Shown here: positions 30,738-40,308 of the stretch, in pieces
Layout: the number at the start of each line of letters is the position of its first letter
Position numbering within the stretch: position 1 is the stretch's first letter
DNA from: a virus
Taxonomy: Duplodnaviria > Caudoviricetes
IMG/VR virus record: IMGVR_UViG_3300006217_000025
Coordinates: 1-64,000 of that record
Reading direction: 5' to 3' (one strand)
Length of the DNA stretch: 64,000 bases
Notes under the pieces: generated by a model
Seen by the model: only the letters and a program-made list of their open reading frames with translations
Told to the model about the DNA's origin: nothing
Database searches by the model: none
Translations under genes and position numbers: made by a program

Positions 30738-31829
30738 CTAAATATTTCCTTTTAATCTACATGTATCTAAAACAGCTTTTAGAATGCTAATAAATTCATC
30801 TATAACAGCATAAGTAATACTATCATCAAACGATATTCGAATAGTATGTTTAGCTTCTTCTTCCGTTAAGTCGTAAGATAATAAAACTTTACTAGGCTCA
30901 TTATTACCACTATTACATGCACTTCCGGAACTCACCATAATTCCCCAATTATCTAACAAACTTATTAATTCTCTGTTTTCTATTTGAGGAACACAAGCAC
31001 TGATAATATTTGGCATAAAGCTTTCAACTAAAATAGGTTTTCTATATTTCTGGAAATTAACTTTAATACCAATTTCATATAATCTATTAACAAAATAATC
31101 ACATTTTTTAATAATATCTATACCAAAATATTTATTGCTATTTAAAACTATACCGGCGCATGCAATTGCCAAATAATTGTATGTACCACCTCTACGACCA
31201 TTGTTTTGGCTACCGCAAATCAAAGGCTTAAGTGGAACACCATTTTTTACATAAAGAAATGCACATCCCACAATTCCACCAATTTTTTGAAAGGCAGCAC
31301 TCATATAATCAATGTTTAGTTTTTTAACATCAATAAGATATTTCCCAAACATTGCAGTCGCATCCACATGAATATACATTTTCTTTCCATGAATAAATTT
31401 TGATATATTTTTGATGTCATAAATATGACCAGTTTCATTATTGGCAATCATTTGACAGTAAAGCCCATTTTCATAATCTTTATTATCAGAGAGCCAATCA
31501 AACAATTTTTCCTCATTTTCAAACCTAATTGCTTTACTTTCAGAAATTGATGAATGTTCAAAAGGGGAGCAAAATACTGTATTAAATGCATTCATAGCCA
31601 AAGCGTTTGACTCACTAGCACAAGATGTAAAAATAATTTCATCTGGATCAGCATTAATCATATCAGCAATTTTTTGTCTTACGTTTTCAATTTCTGCTAA
31701 GTTATTTCTTGCTAATTGGTAAGAAGAGGAGGGATTATAAAATCCCTCTAGTAAGGAAGGAAGTCTATCATTAATTTCTTTAGATATAGGGCTCATCGCC
31801 GCATTATCTAAATAACAAGTATTCATCAT
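30738..31829 (-). CDS. nifS: Cysteine desulfurase (NifS/IscS, class V PLP enzyme)
   Basis: YLDNAA, IIFTSCASES, EHSS, ANNETG, HVDA, PLP lysine in SAAFQKIGG, catalytic SSGSAC. Confidence 0.88.
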   Translation of the reverse strand: MMNTCYLDNAAMSPISKEINDRLPSLLEGFYNPSSSYQLARNNLAEIENVRQKIADMINADPDEIIFTSCASESNALAMNAFNTVFCSPFEHSSISESKAIRFENEEKLFDWLSDNKDYENGLYCQMIANNETGHIYDIKNISKFIHGKKMYIHVDATAMFGKYLIDVKKLNIDYMSAAFQKIGGIVGCAFLYVKNGVPLKPLICGSQNNGRRGGTYNYLAIACAGIVLNSNKYFGIDIIKKCDYFVNRLYEIGIKVNFQKYRKPILVESFMPNIISACVPQIENRELISLLDNWGIMVSSGSACNSGNNEPSKVLLSYDLTEEEAKHTIRISFDDSITYAVIDEFISILKAVLDTCRLKGNI

Positions 31830-33367
31830 AAATTAATACCAAACAAAGCCGTTTCAATAGCTTTATATCTATCAGAATTTAACACTTTCAACAAAGCTTT
31901 ATATGGATCTAAATCACCAGTTAAAGCCATATTTACAACTGCTGGACTAAATCCTGATAACAAAATCACACCTAAATCATTTTGTGTAAGAGGAATTGCA
32001 TTTGTTCTACCACATGTATTCCAAAAGACTAATCTTGGAAGATTATAGCCATATTCTGCAAATTCATCTTTAATTTCTTCAAACAATGCTTTATTATATC
32101 TGGCACCATCATCAAACTCCATATCAGAAATAACCAAGATATTAGGTATTTGTTCTTGAGTATATTTATTTTTGATAGCCACCTTAAGAACTAATTCAAA
32201 TACTGCTTTAATATTTGTATTAGCCACCTCAGAATATTTGTAACAAATATCTAATTTTTCTTTAAGCGACTTACCTTTAGACAAATCAACTAACTGTGGC
32301 CTACTAGAGAATGTAATGTATTTATCTTTATATTCTCCATCACATCTTTCAGCAAAATAGATAGCCAATGAATTAGCAACATCAATAGCCATAACTGAAT
32401 TATTGCTAATCCCGATATACATATACATGCTTCCAGAACCATCTGCAACAACTAGCGTATTAGATTCTCCGTTCACATAATTAGGAAGGTGTTTCCAAAG
32501 TTGTTCGTAGGTTTCGTTATAGTTATCACGTCCATACTTATCTACAATTTCATATGGGAATAAAGTTTTTGAATTAATTTTTGCTTTACCACTCTTTAAC
32601 AATGCTAAGAATTCAAGTCTTCTATCTGTGTCGTGCGTGATAAAAGCTTGATCATAGATAAGATTTGCTTTTGATGGAACAATAGAGTAATTAATTTTAT
32701 CCCATTCATTAGCGGACATTTGCTTTTCAACTACGTTTAGATATTCACGCAATCTAGATAGTGTTTTAGCATAAGATTTTCTGTTTAAATGGAATTCTGT
32801 CATAAATTTTGAGCAAAAATTCTTTTTTTGTTCATATTTTTTATATAATTCTTCTGAGTTATATTTAATAGCTTTCTTTTTATACTTAGCATAGTATGGA
32901 GACGGCAAATATTTAGCCAATAACGAAATAGATTTACCTTTTGAGACATTATCAATATCGTTAATAAATTGTACATAGCAATGTTGTAACATGATTTGCT
33001 CTAAAGGTGTATTGATTAATATAAACAAATCATCCCAACGTCCATATTCTGGCACTAAGTCAATTAAACGTTTAGCAATTTCAGTTTCGTTATATGCCAA
33101 ATATTCAAAAATCACTCTGAAGCTTCTTCTTTCACCTAAGCCTCCCCGCACATCTCTTAAATAAAAGAGCCATTTTAACGCAGTTAGCTTATCCTCATAA
33201 TATGCTTTAACAAACAATTTACAAATTTGTTCATTTGTAGCGTTTCTCAATGAACTTGTTTTAAAATGTAAATCTAACAATTCTTTGCCAGATGTTCTAA
33301 AACCTAGAGCTCCGTTTTCAGTTGTGATTAATTCTTTATTTAATTCTCTTTTTAAATCATTGATCAT
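31826..33367 (-). CDS. DUF2828-family protein with C-terminal vWA domain (TROVE/Ro-like architecture)
   Basis: TENGA, RDVRGGLGER, YGRWDDL, VADGSGSM (MIDAS), SDMEFD, FWN motifs. Confidence 0.8.
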   Translation of the reverse strand: MINDLKRELNKELITTENGALGFRTSGKELLDLHFKTSSLRNATNEQICKLFVKAYYEDKLTALKWLFYLRDVRGGLGERRSFRVIFEYLAYNETEIAKRLIDLVPEYGRWDDLFILINTPLEQIMLQHCYVQFINDIDNVSKGKSISLLAKYLPSPYYAKYKKKAIKYNSEELYKKYEQKKNFCSKFMTEFHLNRKSYAKTLSRLREYLNVVEKQMSANEWDKINYSIVPSKANLIYDQAFITHDTDRRLEFLALLKSGKAKINSKTLFPYEIVDKYGRDNYNETYEQLWKHLPNYVNGESNTLVVADGSGSMYMYIGISNNSVMAIDVANSLAIYFAERCDGEYKDKYITFSSRPQLVDLSKGKSLKEKLDICYKYSEVANTNIKAVFELVLKVAIKNKYTQEQIPNILVISDMEFDDGARYNKALFEEIKDEFAEYGYNLPRLVFWNTCGRTNAIPLTQNDLGVILLSGFSPAVVNMALTGDLDPYKALLKVLNSDRYKAIETALFGINL

Positions 33368-33815
33368 TTTTAATCCTCCAATTATAAAGAATATAACATA
33401 GGACGTGAAGGGAGGGCGGTCAAGGAATCAAACCTTGATTAAGCTATCTCATCCATAAATAGTAGTTATTTGAATTCTTTATAGTTTTTTTGCTGTTAGA
33501 GTTTATTTACATAATCTCATAATAAATTTTAGTAGGATAGACACATTACATTTAATGCGTCTATCATTGCTTAGCCTATGAATCATTCCGCCCATATTAG
33601 ACATCCCATATAGTCGCCAAAAATATACTTTGTTATCAAATTGCTGTGAGGGTTGTCTATTTAAGAAGTCCCATTTTAAACATTTAGCCATTTTCCTATT
33701 AGTTTATAAATTTGCTGTTAGGGTCTTCTATTAAAAGAAAAGTAAGGATAATATATGCCTTTATCTATTTCACATACATATTATACCACTTAATAGCATA
33801 TAAATCAAATAAACA

Positions 33816-33840
33816 GGGCATTATATCCTATTAAAATTAA
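33816..33840 (-). promoter_or_regulatory. Conserved 25-nt operator, copy 1, upstream of an extended -10 (TGGTATAAT, 33780-33788)
   Basis: GGGCAttatATCCTATTAAAATTAA; near-identical copies at 36996 and 38898. Confidence 0.6.
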
Positions 33841-34124
33841 TTTAATTCTTCTTTGAATTTTCTAGAAAACTTAACTCTTGGTGCTGTTTTTTCAGGAACC
33901 TCATATTTTTCTCCAGTTTGAATATTAGTCATAACTCTTGCATCTTGAACTGATGTATAGAATTTTGCAAAGTTTTTGAATGAAATTTCATCACCATTAG
34001 TTAAAACGTCCTTAATTGTTTCAATTAAACTATCTGTAACCATAGTTACTGTCTTAACTGAAATTTCTTCTCCTTGTTCAGCCATTTTTGCTGTTACTTC
34101 TTTCATTAAATCTTTTTTATCCAT
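33837..34124 (-). CDS. hup: HU-family histone-like DNA-binding protein
   Basis: ISFKNFAKF...RVMTNIQTGEKYEVPEKTAPRVKFS. Confidence 0.9.
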   Translation of the reverse strand: MDKKDLMKEVTAKMAEQGEEISVKTVTMVTDSLIETIKDVLTNGDEISFKNFAKFYTSVQDARVMTNIQTGEKYEVPEKTAPRVKFSRKFKEELN

Positions 34125-34321
34125 TTTCTTTTTTTCTCCTTTTTTTATCTAAAATTTAGTTTTTCACTTCTCTTATCATACTTCGCTTAATTTTGAAATC
34201 AAAGTGTCGGAAAATCCGAAACAAATGAAGCATAAAATTCTAAAGGTGGTCACTTTTACCCTTCGTTTTTGAATATTTTTTTCTCAGATGTAAACTACCA
34301 ATCAACTAAAACGAATGTTTT

Positions 34322-36871
34322 TTACTCAGATTTAAAACATTTGAGGAAACATTCTTTATTAACATCATATAAAGTTTTTAGCAATAATGGTCTATTTTTC
34401 TTTAAGTTGGAAAATATTTTTCCTTCCTGTGCCTTTACATTTGAGGTAATTAAGAATGCTCTATTAATCAACCAAGACATAAGTCCTATATAATTGTTAG
34501 AAATATATGTCTTTTTGATTTTTTCTACCATTTCATAAAAATTTTCCATTAAAAGAATAGAATTTTCTTGATTCTTAGCTACCAACCAATAGTGCAATGA
34601 ATATTCTTCTATTAATGCTTCAACCTTTTTAGATTTTCTTCTTGATAATTCTAAAGGCTGTTGTACAAAAAAATAATCCATAGGTAATGTTTTTAAATTT
34701 GATCTAGATCTAGCGAATTCGATAGAGGAAAGATAATTCATAGGACATTGTAGATTTTTATTGATACTCGTACATAATGAAGCCTCTTTGCTCATTTTCT
34801 TAGCGTTTTTATCTCTTATTTTGCCAAAAAATAGGGGATATCCATTATTTTCTACGTCTATATCTTTTTTAATGCGCCTTAATTCTTTATTTATATCAAT
34901 ATCAAAAGTGCGCTTGGCATTATCTATAGAACATTGAGCTAAAATCGCTAAAATGCATACATAATCTTGATATTTTTTATCAGTAAAGTTATAACAGTAA
35001 CTCAAGCACAATTGAGCTAAGTTACTGGACTCTCCAATTGCTCGACTCGCAGCAGCTAGCTTGTTGTCAATCAGAGCGAAATTAAGTAGAGTGTTTTCAT
35101 ATTTATTTGTTTCTTTAGGTATATTGTTGACAATTGTTGGATATCTGATAGAACATATTTTTGCATGATTAACAATTTCGTTATGGTTTGTCACAAAAAA
35201 TACATCAGAATCAAAATCGCAACCATTTGCACGATCTTGAATATCAGTATGAAGCGTATTAACTGCTAAAATCATTTTTCCAAAATCAAAATATCTAAAT
35301 AACTTATCATTATATACATTATGCAGATAACACAAATTATTGCGTCCGTTGAAAGGACTCCTAAATCCTGCTAAATATTCTCCATCATCAAATCTTCCCG
35401 TATAACATTGGGTACAATTAACTTCAGGACTAAAAGTATCATCGTTTTCAACATCTTCTCCGACTGCATGAAGTAGCATAGCATAAGGAGATCCAACTAT
35501 TGTTAAATTATCCGCATTTTGCATTAATCTACCACTTTTTAAATTCTGCACATAAGAATAAATAATAGTTTTCTTTCTATCTCTATAATATTCACTGCGT
35601 GTAAACTCATAATCTTGTTCGCATAAAGCTACCAAAACCTCATAATCATTAGAGAAATTAGCGTTCGCTTTAAGATACTTAATAAATTCAGCATCACTTG
35701 ATTTTAATGTTTCGACATATACTTTGCTCATCTCAACTACGCTAGGCATAATATCCATGCTAAGTGCGTTAACCATCTGATAACTCATACGTTGAACAGA
35801 GCCGAGCTTAGATGGGTGTGCCGTCTTAACAATTCCGAACAAATTGCCGTTTTCATTGACTTTTTTACACCAATAATCATAAGAAACTTGGAATTTGAGC
35901 CATTTACATGCGTTATCCGTGGTTATTAACTTAATATCTTTAGCTAGATGCTCGTTGCCAAACATATCTATAACAATAGCTGTCTCATACTCATCTCCAA
36001 AATAGTCCTTAAAGAATAGCTGAATGTTTGTTTTGAAGCTTGCCATTTTACAAAAATGATGTCGTAAGAGTATAAAACTATCAGCCCACTTAGGAAATAT
36101 GGAACTATCAATGAGTGCTTGACCATCAAATAATGTGTTTTTAACCTTATAATTCTCAATTTCTCGCGCAATACACTCTTTATTAGTGTTTGTTTCAACT
36201 GAAATAGCCTTTGTCTCGAAGAAAGAATCAATATCTTTTAATATTAGAATATTCCTTGGATTTATCTTAATTTTTCCAATAATCGTGCTTGTGACTAGGG
36301 AAGAGTAGGCACCAATTTCAACAATAGGAGCATTCTTCTTTGGTAGCTTAATACCCATGCGAAGATAATCAAGCGCCTTTTTATATAACTTTTCATTAAT
36401 GAACATACAAGCACCATTTTTAGCCTTTCCGGGAGTTCGATATAGCATTTTGTAGTGTATTTTCTTTGTGTAGTTGTGTGATTTATAATATATCGTTACT
36501 CCATTTTGGTAAAAATCTTTTCGTATTTCATCCGCTGAAAGTTCAATAAATTGATCTTGCTTAGCTTCTGCTTCTTCCATAACCTGCCGTAGTCTATCTT
36601 TATATTTTTCATCATCACTCATATCTATTAAACGCTGCATTTTCTTTTGATGGTTTTTGTAAGAGATGCTACCATAGTCAAAGTTAATGCAAATAATGTC
36701 ACGAGTTGATGTATCTTTATAGACCTCAAACCTAGTTGTATAAAGGTAATCAAGGAATAAACTGTTTGTTAGCATTGCGTCCTTCATATCATAATTATTT
36801 CTAACGCCACAGTTGTATTCATAGATAGAACCTGCTTGAAAATTCTTTATTTTTAATCCGTACTTACCCAT
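34322..36871 (-). CDS. yonO: YonO-like single-subunit DNA-dependent RNA polymerase (RdRP-like fold)
   Basis: 849 aa; FRSPFN and catalytic GCDFDSD motifs; TLFDGQALID; adjacent to HU as in SPbeta. Confidence 0.85.
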   Translation of the reverse strand: MGKYGLKIKNFQAGSIYEYNCGVRNNYDMKDAMLTNSLFLDYLYTTRFEVYKDTSTRDIICINFDYGSISYKNHQKKMQRLIDMSDDEKYKDRLRQVMEEAEAKQDQFIELSADEIRKDFYQNGVTIYYKSHNYTKKIHYKMLYRTPGKAKNGACMFINEKLYKKALDYLRMGIKLPKKNAPIVEIGAYSSLVTSTIIGKIKINPRNILILKDIDSFFETKAISVETNTNKECIAREIENYKVKNTLFDGQALIDSSIFPKWADSFILLRHHFCKMASFKTNIQLFFKDYFGDEYETAIVIDMFGNEHLAKDIKLITTDNACKWLKFQVSYDYWCKKVNENGNLFGIVKTAHPSKLGSVQRMSYQMVNALSMDIMPSVVEMSKVYVETLKSSDAEFIKYLKANANFSNDYEVLVALCEQDYEFTRSEYYRDRKKTIIYSYVQNLKSGRLMQNADNLTIVGSPYAMLLHAVGEDVENDDTFSPEVNCTQCYTGRFDDGEYLAGFRSPFNGRNNLCYLHNVYNDKLFRYFDFGKMILAVNTLHTDIQDRANGCDFDSDVFFVTNHNEIVNHAKICSIRYPTIVNNIPKETNKYENTLLNFALIDNKLAAASRAIGESSNLAQLCLSYCYNFTDKKYQDYVCILAILAQCSIDNAKRTFDIDINKELRRIKKDIDVENNGYPLFFGKIRDKNAKKMSKEASLCTSINKNLQCPMNYLSSIEFARSRSNLKTLPMDYFFVQQPLELSRRKSKKVEALIEEYSLHYWLVAKNQENSILLMENFYEMVEKIKKTYISNNYIGLMSWLINRAFLITSNVKAQEGKIFSNLKKNRPLLLKTLYDVNKECFLKCFKSE

Positions 36872-36995
36872 TTAAGTAGATAGCATCCTCAAGTTTCTAT
36901 CTTTCTTATATGCAATTTTCTTATTTTTTAATATCTGTACCACCACCTCTACAACTATAATTATATCATTTAACAGAATTTTTGTTTAGTTAAAT

Positions 36996-37020
36996 GGGCA
37001 AAATATTCTATTAAAATTAA
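36996..37020 (-). promoter_or_regulatory. Conserved 25-nt operator, copy 2, upstream of an extended -10 (TGATATAAT, 36960-36968)
   Basis: GGGCAaaatATTCTATTAAAATTAA; same 39-nt core-to-TATAAT spacing as copy 1. Confidence 0.6.
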
Positions 37021-37949
37021 ATTTTTATTCCTTTTTGTCTAAATAATTCTAAATCTAGAATATTAGGGGTAAAGAAACGATTATTTTCTGTGGCCAATCG
37101 TTGTTTCTTTAATTGAGCTTCGTTATAGTCTTTACAATCTTGAGCAAGCACCTCAAGTTCTTCTAATGGATATTCCTTTCCTTGCTTTAACCAGCGATAT
37201 TTCATTGTAATTGATCTGTCTCTGTCCGCTGTGTTATTACGGGTTTTGATTTTATATTTAGTATGCTTCTCAATATATTCCTTTAATAAATCCTCATTTT
37301 CTTTGTCGCAATACCATGATGAATAATTGAATAAACAGCCGTTATATACAAATGGCTTAATTTTGATGATTGAAATAACACCCAACTCCTTTAACTTATT
37401 CATTCTGTTTGACAATGTTGAACTAGAAACATTAAATAACTTAGTCATCTTATCAGTTGACATACTGTTGAATTTATATGCTAGTTTATTTTCTTTAAAT
37501 TCATTTTCATAAAATCCTCTATAGGAGCCTTTTAAAAAGCAATATAATCTCAATAGAGAACACCCACTATTAAAACTTGAATCGCTCATAATCTTTATAA
37601 ATACTTTATCACATGGTATGTTTACAAATTTTTTATTATTAAATGGAGCAATATTTTCAACATTTAATAGATATGAGTTTCCAAAGGTTTGATTAATCGT
37701 GATATATTTTTTTTCTTCTAAAGATTTTAAAAGTGATTTAATACACTCTCTTAAACGGCTCGTTGGCTTTTGTTGAAGTATCAATAGCAAAGTATCAATA
37801 TGAAGTGGCATATTTTTAAACCATGGATTGTCTTTATCATTTTGAATAGACCCCGAATAAATTCTAATAGAAGCAATTACACAAAGTTCCTCATCTGTAA
37901 TGTTTTTATTTTCATATTCTGCTTTATATAAGCTAATTGTTTTATTCAT
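37017..37949 (-). CDS. Winged-HTH protein, putative replication initiator or regulator
   Basis: AGGAG RBS then ATG at 37949; HTH-like STDKMTKLFNVSSSTLSNRMNKLKELGVI. Confidence 0.55.
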   Translation of the reverse strand: MNKTISLYKAEYENKNITDEELCVIASIRIYSGSIQNDKDNPWFKNMPLHIDTLLLILQQKPTSRLRECIKSLLKSLEEKKYITINQTFGNSYLLNVENIAPFNNKKFVNIPCDKVFIKIMSDSSFNSGCSLLRLYCFLKGSYRGFYENEFKENKLAYKFNSMSTDKMTKLFNVSSSTLSNRMNKLKELGVISIIKIKPFVYNGCLFNYSSWYCDKENEDLLKEYIEKHTKYKIKTRNNTADRDRSITMKYRWLKQGKEYPLEELEVLAQDCKDYNEAQLKKQRLATENNRFFTPNILDLELFRQKGIKI

Positions 37950-38105
37950 TTTAGTTCTCCTTGTTTTAGCTAGTTCACTTTTAGGTATAGTGACATGCAC
38001 TATACAAATTTAATTTTATATTACATTTTTACTAGTGTAATAATATAATAATACTATATATATATTAATATTAAATATAAAGAAGATATAATAAATTATA
38101 TCTTC

Positions 38106-38323
38106 TCAACGACTACCCTGCGGAGCCGTTGAACAAAAGGGGAGTTCCCCTTATACCCCCATCATTAATTGAGTGGGGATAAATCCCCAACCCCCTATAT
38201 CTAACATCTCGCAAGACTCGATGTTAGTTAACTTTCATTTTTTCACTAAAGTTCAAAAATTCAAGTTAAATATAAGAAACTACTTAAAATCACAAACGAG
38301 AAGGGACAAGTCCCTTACACCCT
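38106..38323. repeat. Array of GC-rich hairpins with repeated GGGA-loop-TCCC-A(n)CCC units; candidate replication origin
   Basis: AAGGGGA-GT-TCCCCTT-ATACCCCC, GGGGA-TAAA-TCCCC-AACCCCC, AAGGGA-CAAG-TCCCTT-ACACCC, plus TAACATC/GATGTTA. Confidence 0.5.
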
Positions 38324-38475
38324 AAATTGAAGACAAAAAAATACACCCCTTAATTGATCAATACTTTACTTGCAAATCTATGTATCATAAATTTACAAAA
38401 TAGGGGATAGATACCTTTTATTATATCAAGTGTTTTATTGTACCGGTATCTTAATTACAATTCACTTAAATAGAT

Positions 38476-38856
38476 TTATAACCAACGTATATCTAATGTA
38501 CAGTTGGTATTTTTTGCTTTAACTAAAAGTTTATCAACAACTTTTCTTGTTATACCTAATGATAACGAACATTGATTTTTATTTTTAAATGTCATCACTA
38601 GTTTGTTGTTTATATAATACCCGATTTTATCAGTTTTTAAGGGTATTACTGGTTCTGTTGGTATAACTAGATAATCACTTGGTTCTTTTTCAACCAATAC
38701 ATATTTATCTTCAAATATAGGATTGGAATCTATCCAATTTTCTAATTGAGATAAATTTAATCCTAATATTGAGAGTAGTTCGTCTGTCGAGATTTCTCCA
38801 CAAACATTACAATAATTATCCTTGTCTAAACATAGGAATACTTGATCTTTTTTCAC
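38476..38856 (-). CDS. Hypothetical DNA-binding-like protein
   Basis: AAGGAGG RBS, GTG start. Confidence 0.65.
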   Translation of the reverse strand: MKKDQVFLCLDKDNYCNVCGEISTDELLSILGLNLSQLENWIDSNPIFEDKYVLVEKEPSDYLVIPTEPVIPLKTDKIGYYINNKLVMTFKNKNQCSLSLGITRKVVDKLLVKAKNTNCTLDIRWL

Positions 38857-38897
38857 TATTGTGCCTCCTTTTTAAATGGAATGTTTCGACCTCTAAC

Positions 38898-38926
38898 GGT
38901 CAAATAATTCTATTAAAATTATAACA
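38898..38926 (-). promoter_or_regulatory. Operator copy 3, overlapping an extended -10 (TGTTATAAT)
   Basis: GGTCAaataATTCTATTAAAATTATAACA. Confidence 0.55.
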
Positions 38927-39439
38927 CATTTCGTTGATTTGTAAAGGATTATTTGTATGTTTTTCGATGTCGATTTCGATGTTCTTTCGTTAAATTTATA
39001 GCCTATAGTTATCCTTTCTTAATAAAATGGCTTTTGGTTTTAAACCACCCCCACCCATAAAATCGCATTTTCCGTATTTGATATAATACGATTGCAATTT
39101 AAAAAACCAATATGCATTCACTAAATTAGTTGCGTGTTGTCGGTAAATCTAAATTGTAATAATTTGAACGGAAAACAAAAGTAACATAAAAAAACGTTCA
39201 CCAACTGAACCGATATATATAGTATTCTGTTCAATATCTATCATTCTAGCTAAAGCTAGCGTGATAACACAAGTACATTAAAAATAGAATAGTCATAAAT
39301 TGGTATACGCTATGCACTTATTATCATGAATAGTAATTGTATAGGGTATACCAATATCCAAATAAAAAAATAAAGGTAGTTGCTTGTTACTACCTAACTA
39401 AAAAGAAAAAAACAAGTGGAGTACAAGAAAGGAAACATT

Positions 39440-40297
39440 ATGACAAAAACATTTACAAGTATTGAAAATTTCGATTTGAAAAAAATCGGGAAAGAACTTC
39501 AAAAGCTAGAAATTGTAAAAGCTGAGCGCTTAGAAAATTCAAAGGAATTACAGCAGAAGGCTATTGCCTTATTGCAAAATGACTTTGCCGATAAATTCAA
39601 AGGAATTTCAACCAATCGGCAGGAAGCTATTAACTTATGGATTGCGTTAAATTATGATTTAGAAACAAATAGCGCACTAAAAAGAACGTTGTTGAAACTT
39701 GCTAAAACTAGCGATGAAACAAGCGTTATCATCAAAATTAGTAACGCTAGTAACGTTTATCTAAGAGAGAAAAACAAAAAAACGCTTGATTTTATCAAGG
39801 TATTATCAAGTAATCTTGTCACAAAAACCGAGGTAAATAACAATCTTGAAAAGTTAGGATTGCACTTAACAGATGTTCAAATTAAGGCGCTACAAAATGA
39901 ATTTGTAAGAATTTCTATGGGCAAAGTGGATAAAGCGAACGGTAAACGAGCATTATTTAAAGTTCTAACAACAGCCTTACAAAACGCAAACGCCTTACCA
40001 GTGACAAAAGTGTTCAATATTGACTTGAGTAGTCTAAAACAAATTATCTTAATTGATGAAGAAGAAATTTCGACAGATAACGGACGCCCACAATATGCCG
40101 GGGATAAAATTCAGATGTTCCAAAAAATGCAATGGCTAAAACCTGAAAAATTTGATGCCATTGATTTAGAAGACAATAACAGCGTAACAAAATACATAAA
40201 TAACTGTCTAAATATGTGTGCCATTTTGAATGAAAATGAGCAGAAAGCCTTTGCAACCTTAATTGCAAGGGTAACAGAAAAAGAAAAAGGGGAATAA
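39440..40297 (+). CDS. Hypothetical protein, first gene of the plus-strand arm
   Basis: GAAAGGA RBS, ATG at 39440. Confidence 0.75.
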   Translation: MTKTFTSIENFDLKKIGKELQKLEIVKAERLENSKELQQKAIALLQNDFADKFKGISTNRQEAINLWIALNYDLETNSALKRTLLKLAKTSDETSVIIKISNASNVYLREKNKKTLDFIKVLSSNLVTKTEVNNNLEKLGLHLTDVQIKALQNEFVRISMGKVDKANGKRALFKVLTTALQNANALPVTKVFNIDLSSLKQIILIDEEEISTDNGRPQYAGDKIQMFQKMQWLKPEKFDAIDLEDNNSVTKYINNCLNMCAILNENEQKAFATLIARVTEKEKGE

Positions 40298-40308
40298 TTC
40301 CCTTTTTT
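40285..40308 (+). terminator. Rho-independent terminator
   Basis: AAAAGGGGAA-TAA-TTCCCTTTTTT. Confidence 0.7.

Noticed and set aside
33503-33691. 62-aa minus-strand ORF upstream of DUF2828
   Set aside because: No clear RBS and no recognisable motifs; treated as leader or ncRNA sequence, although a small protein cannot be excluded.
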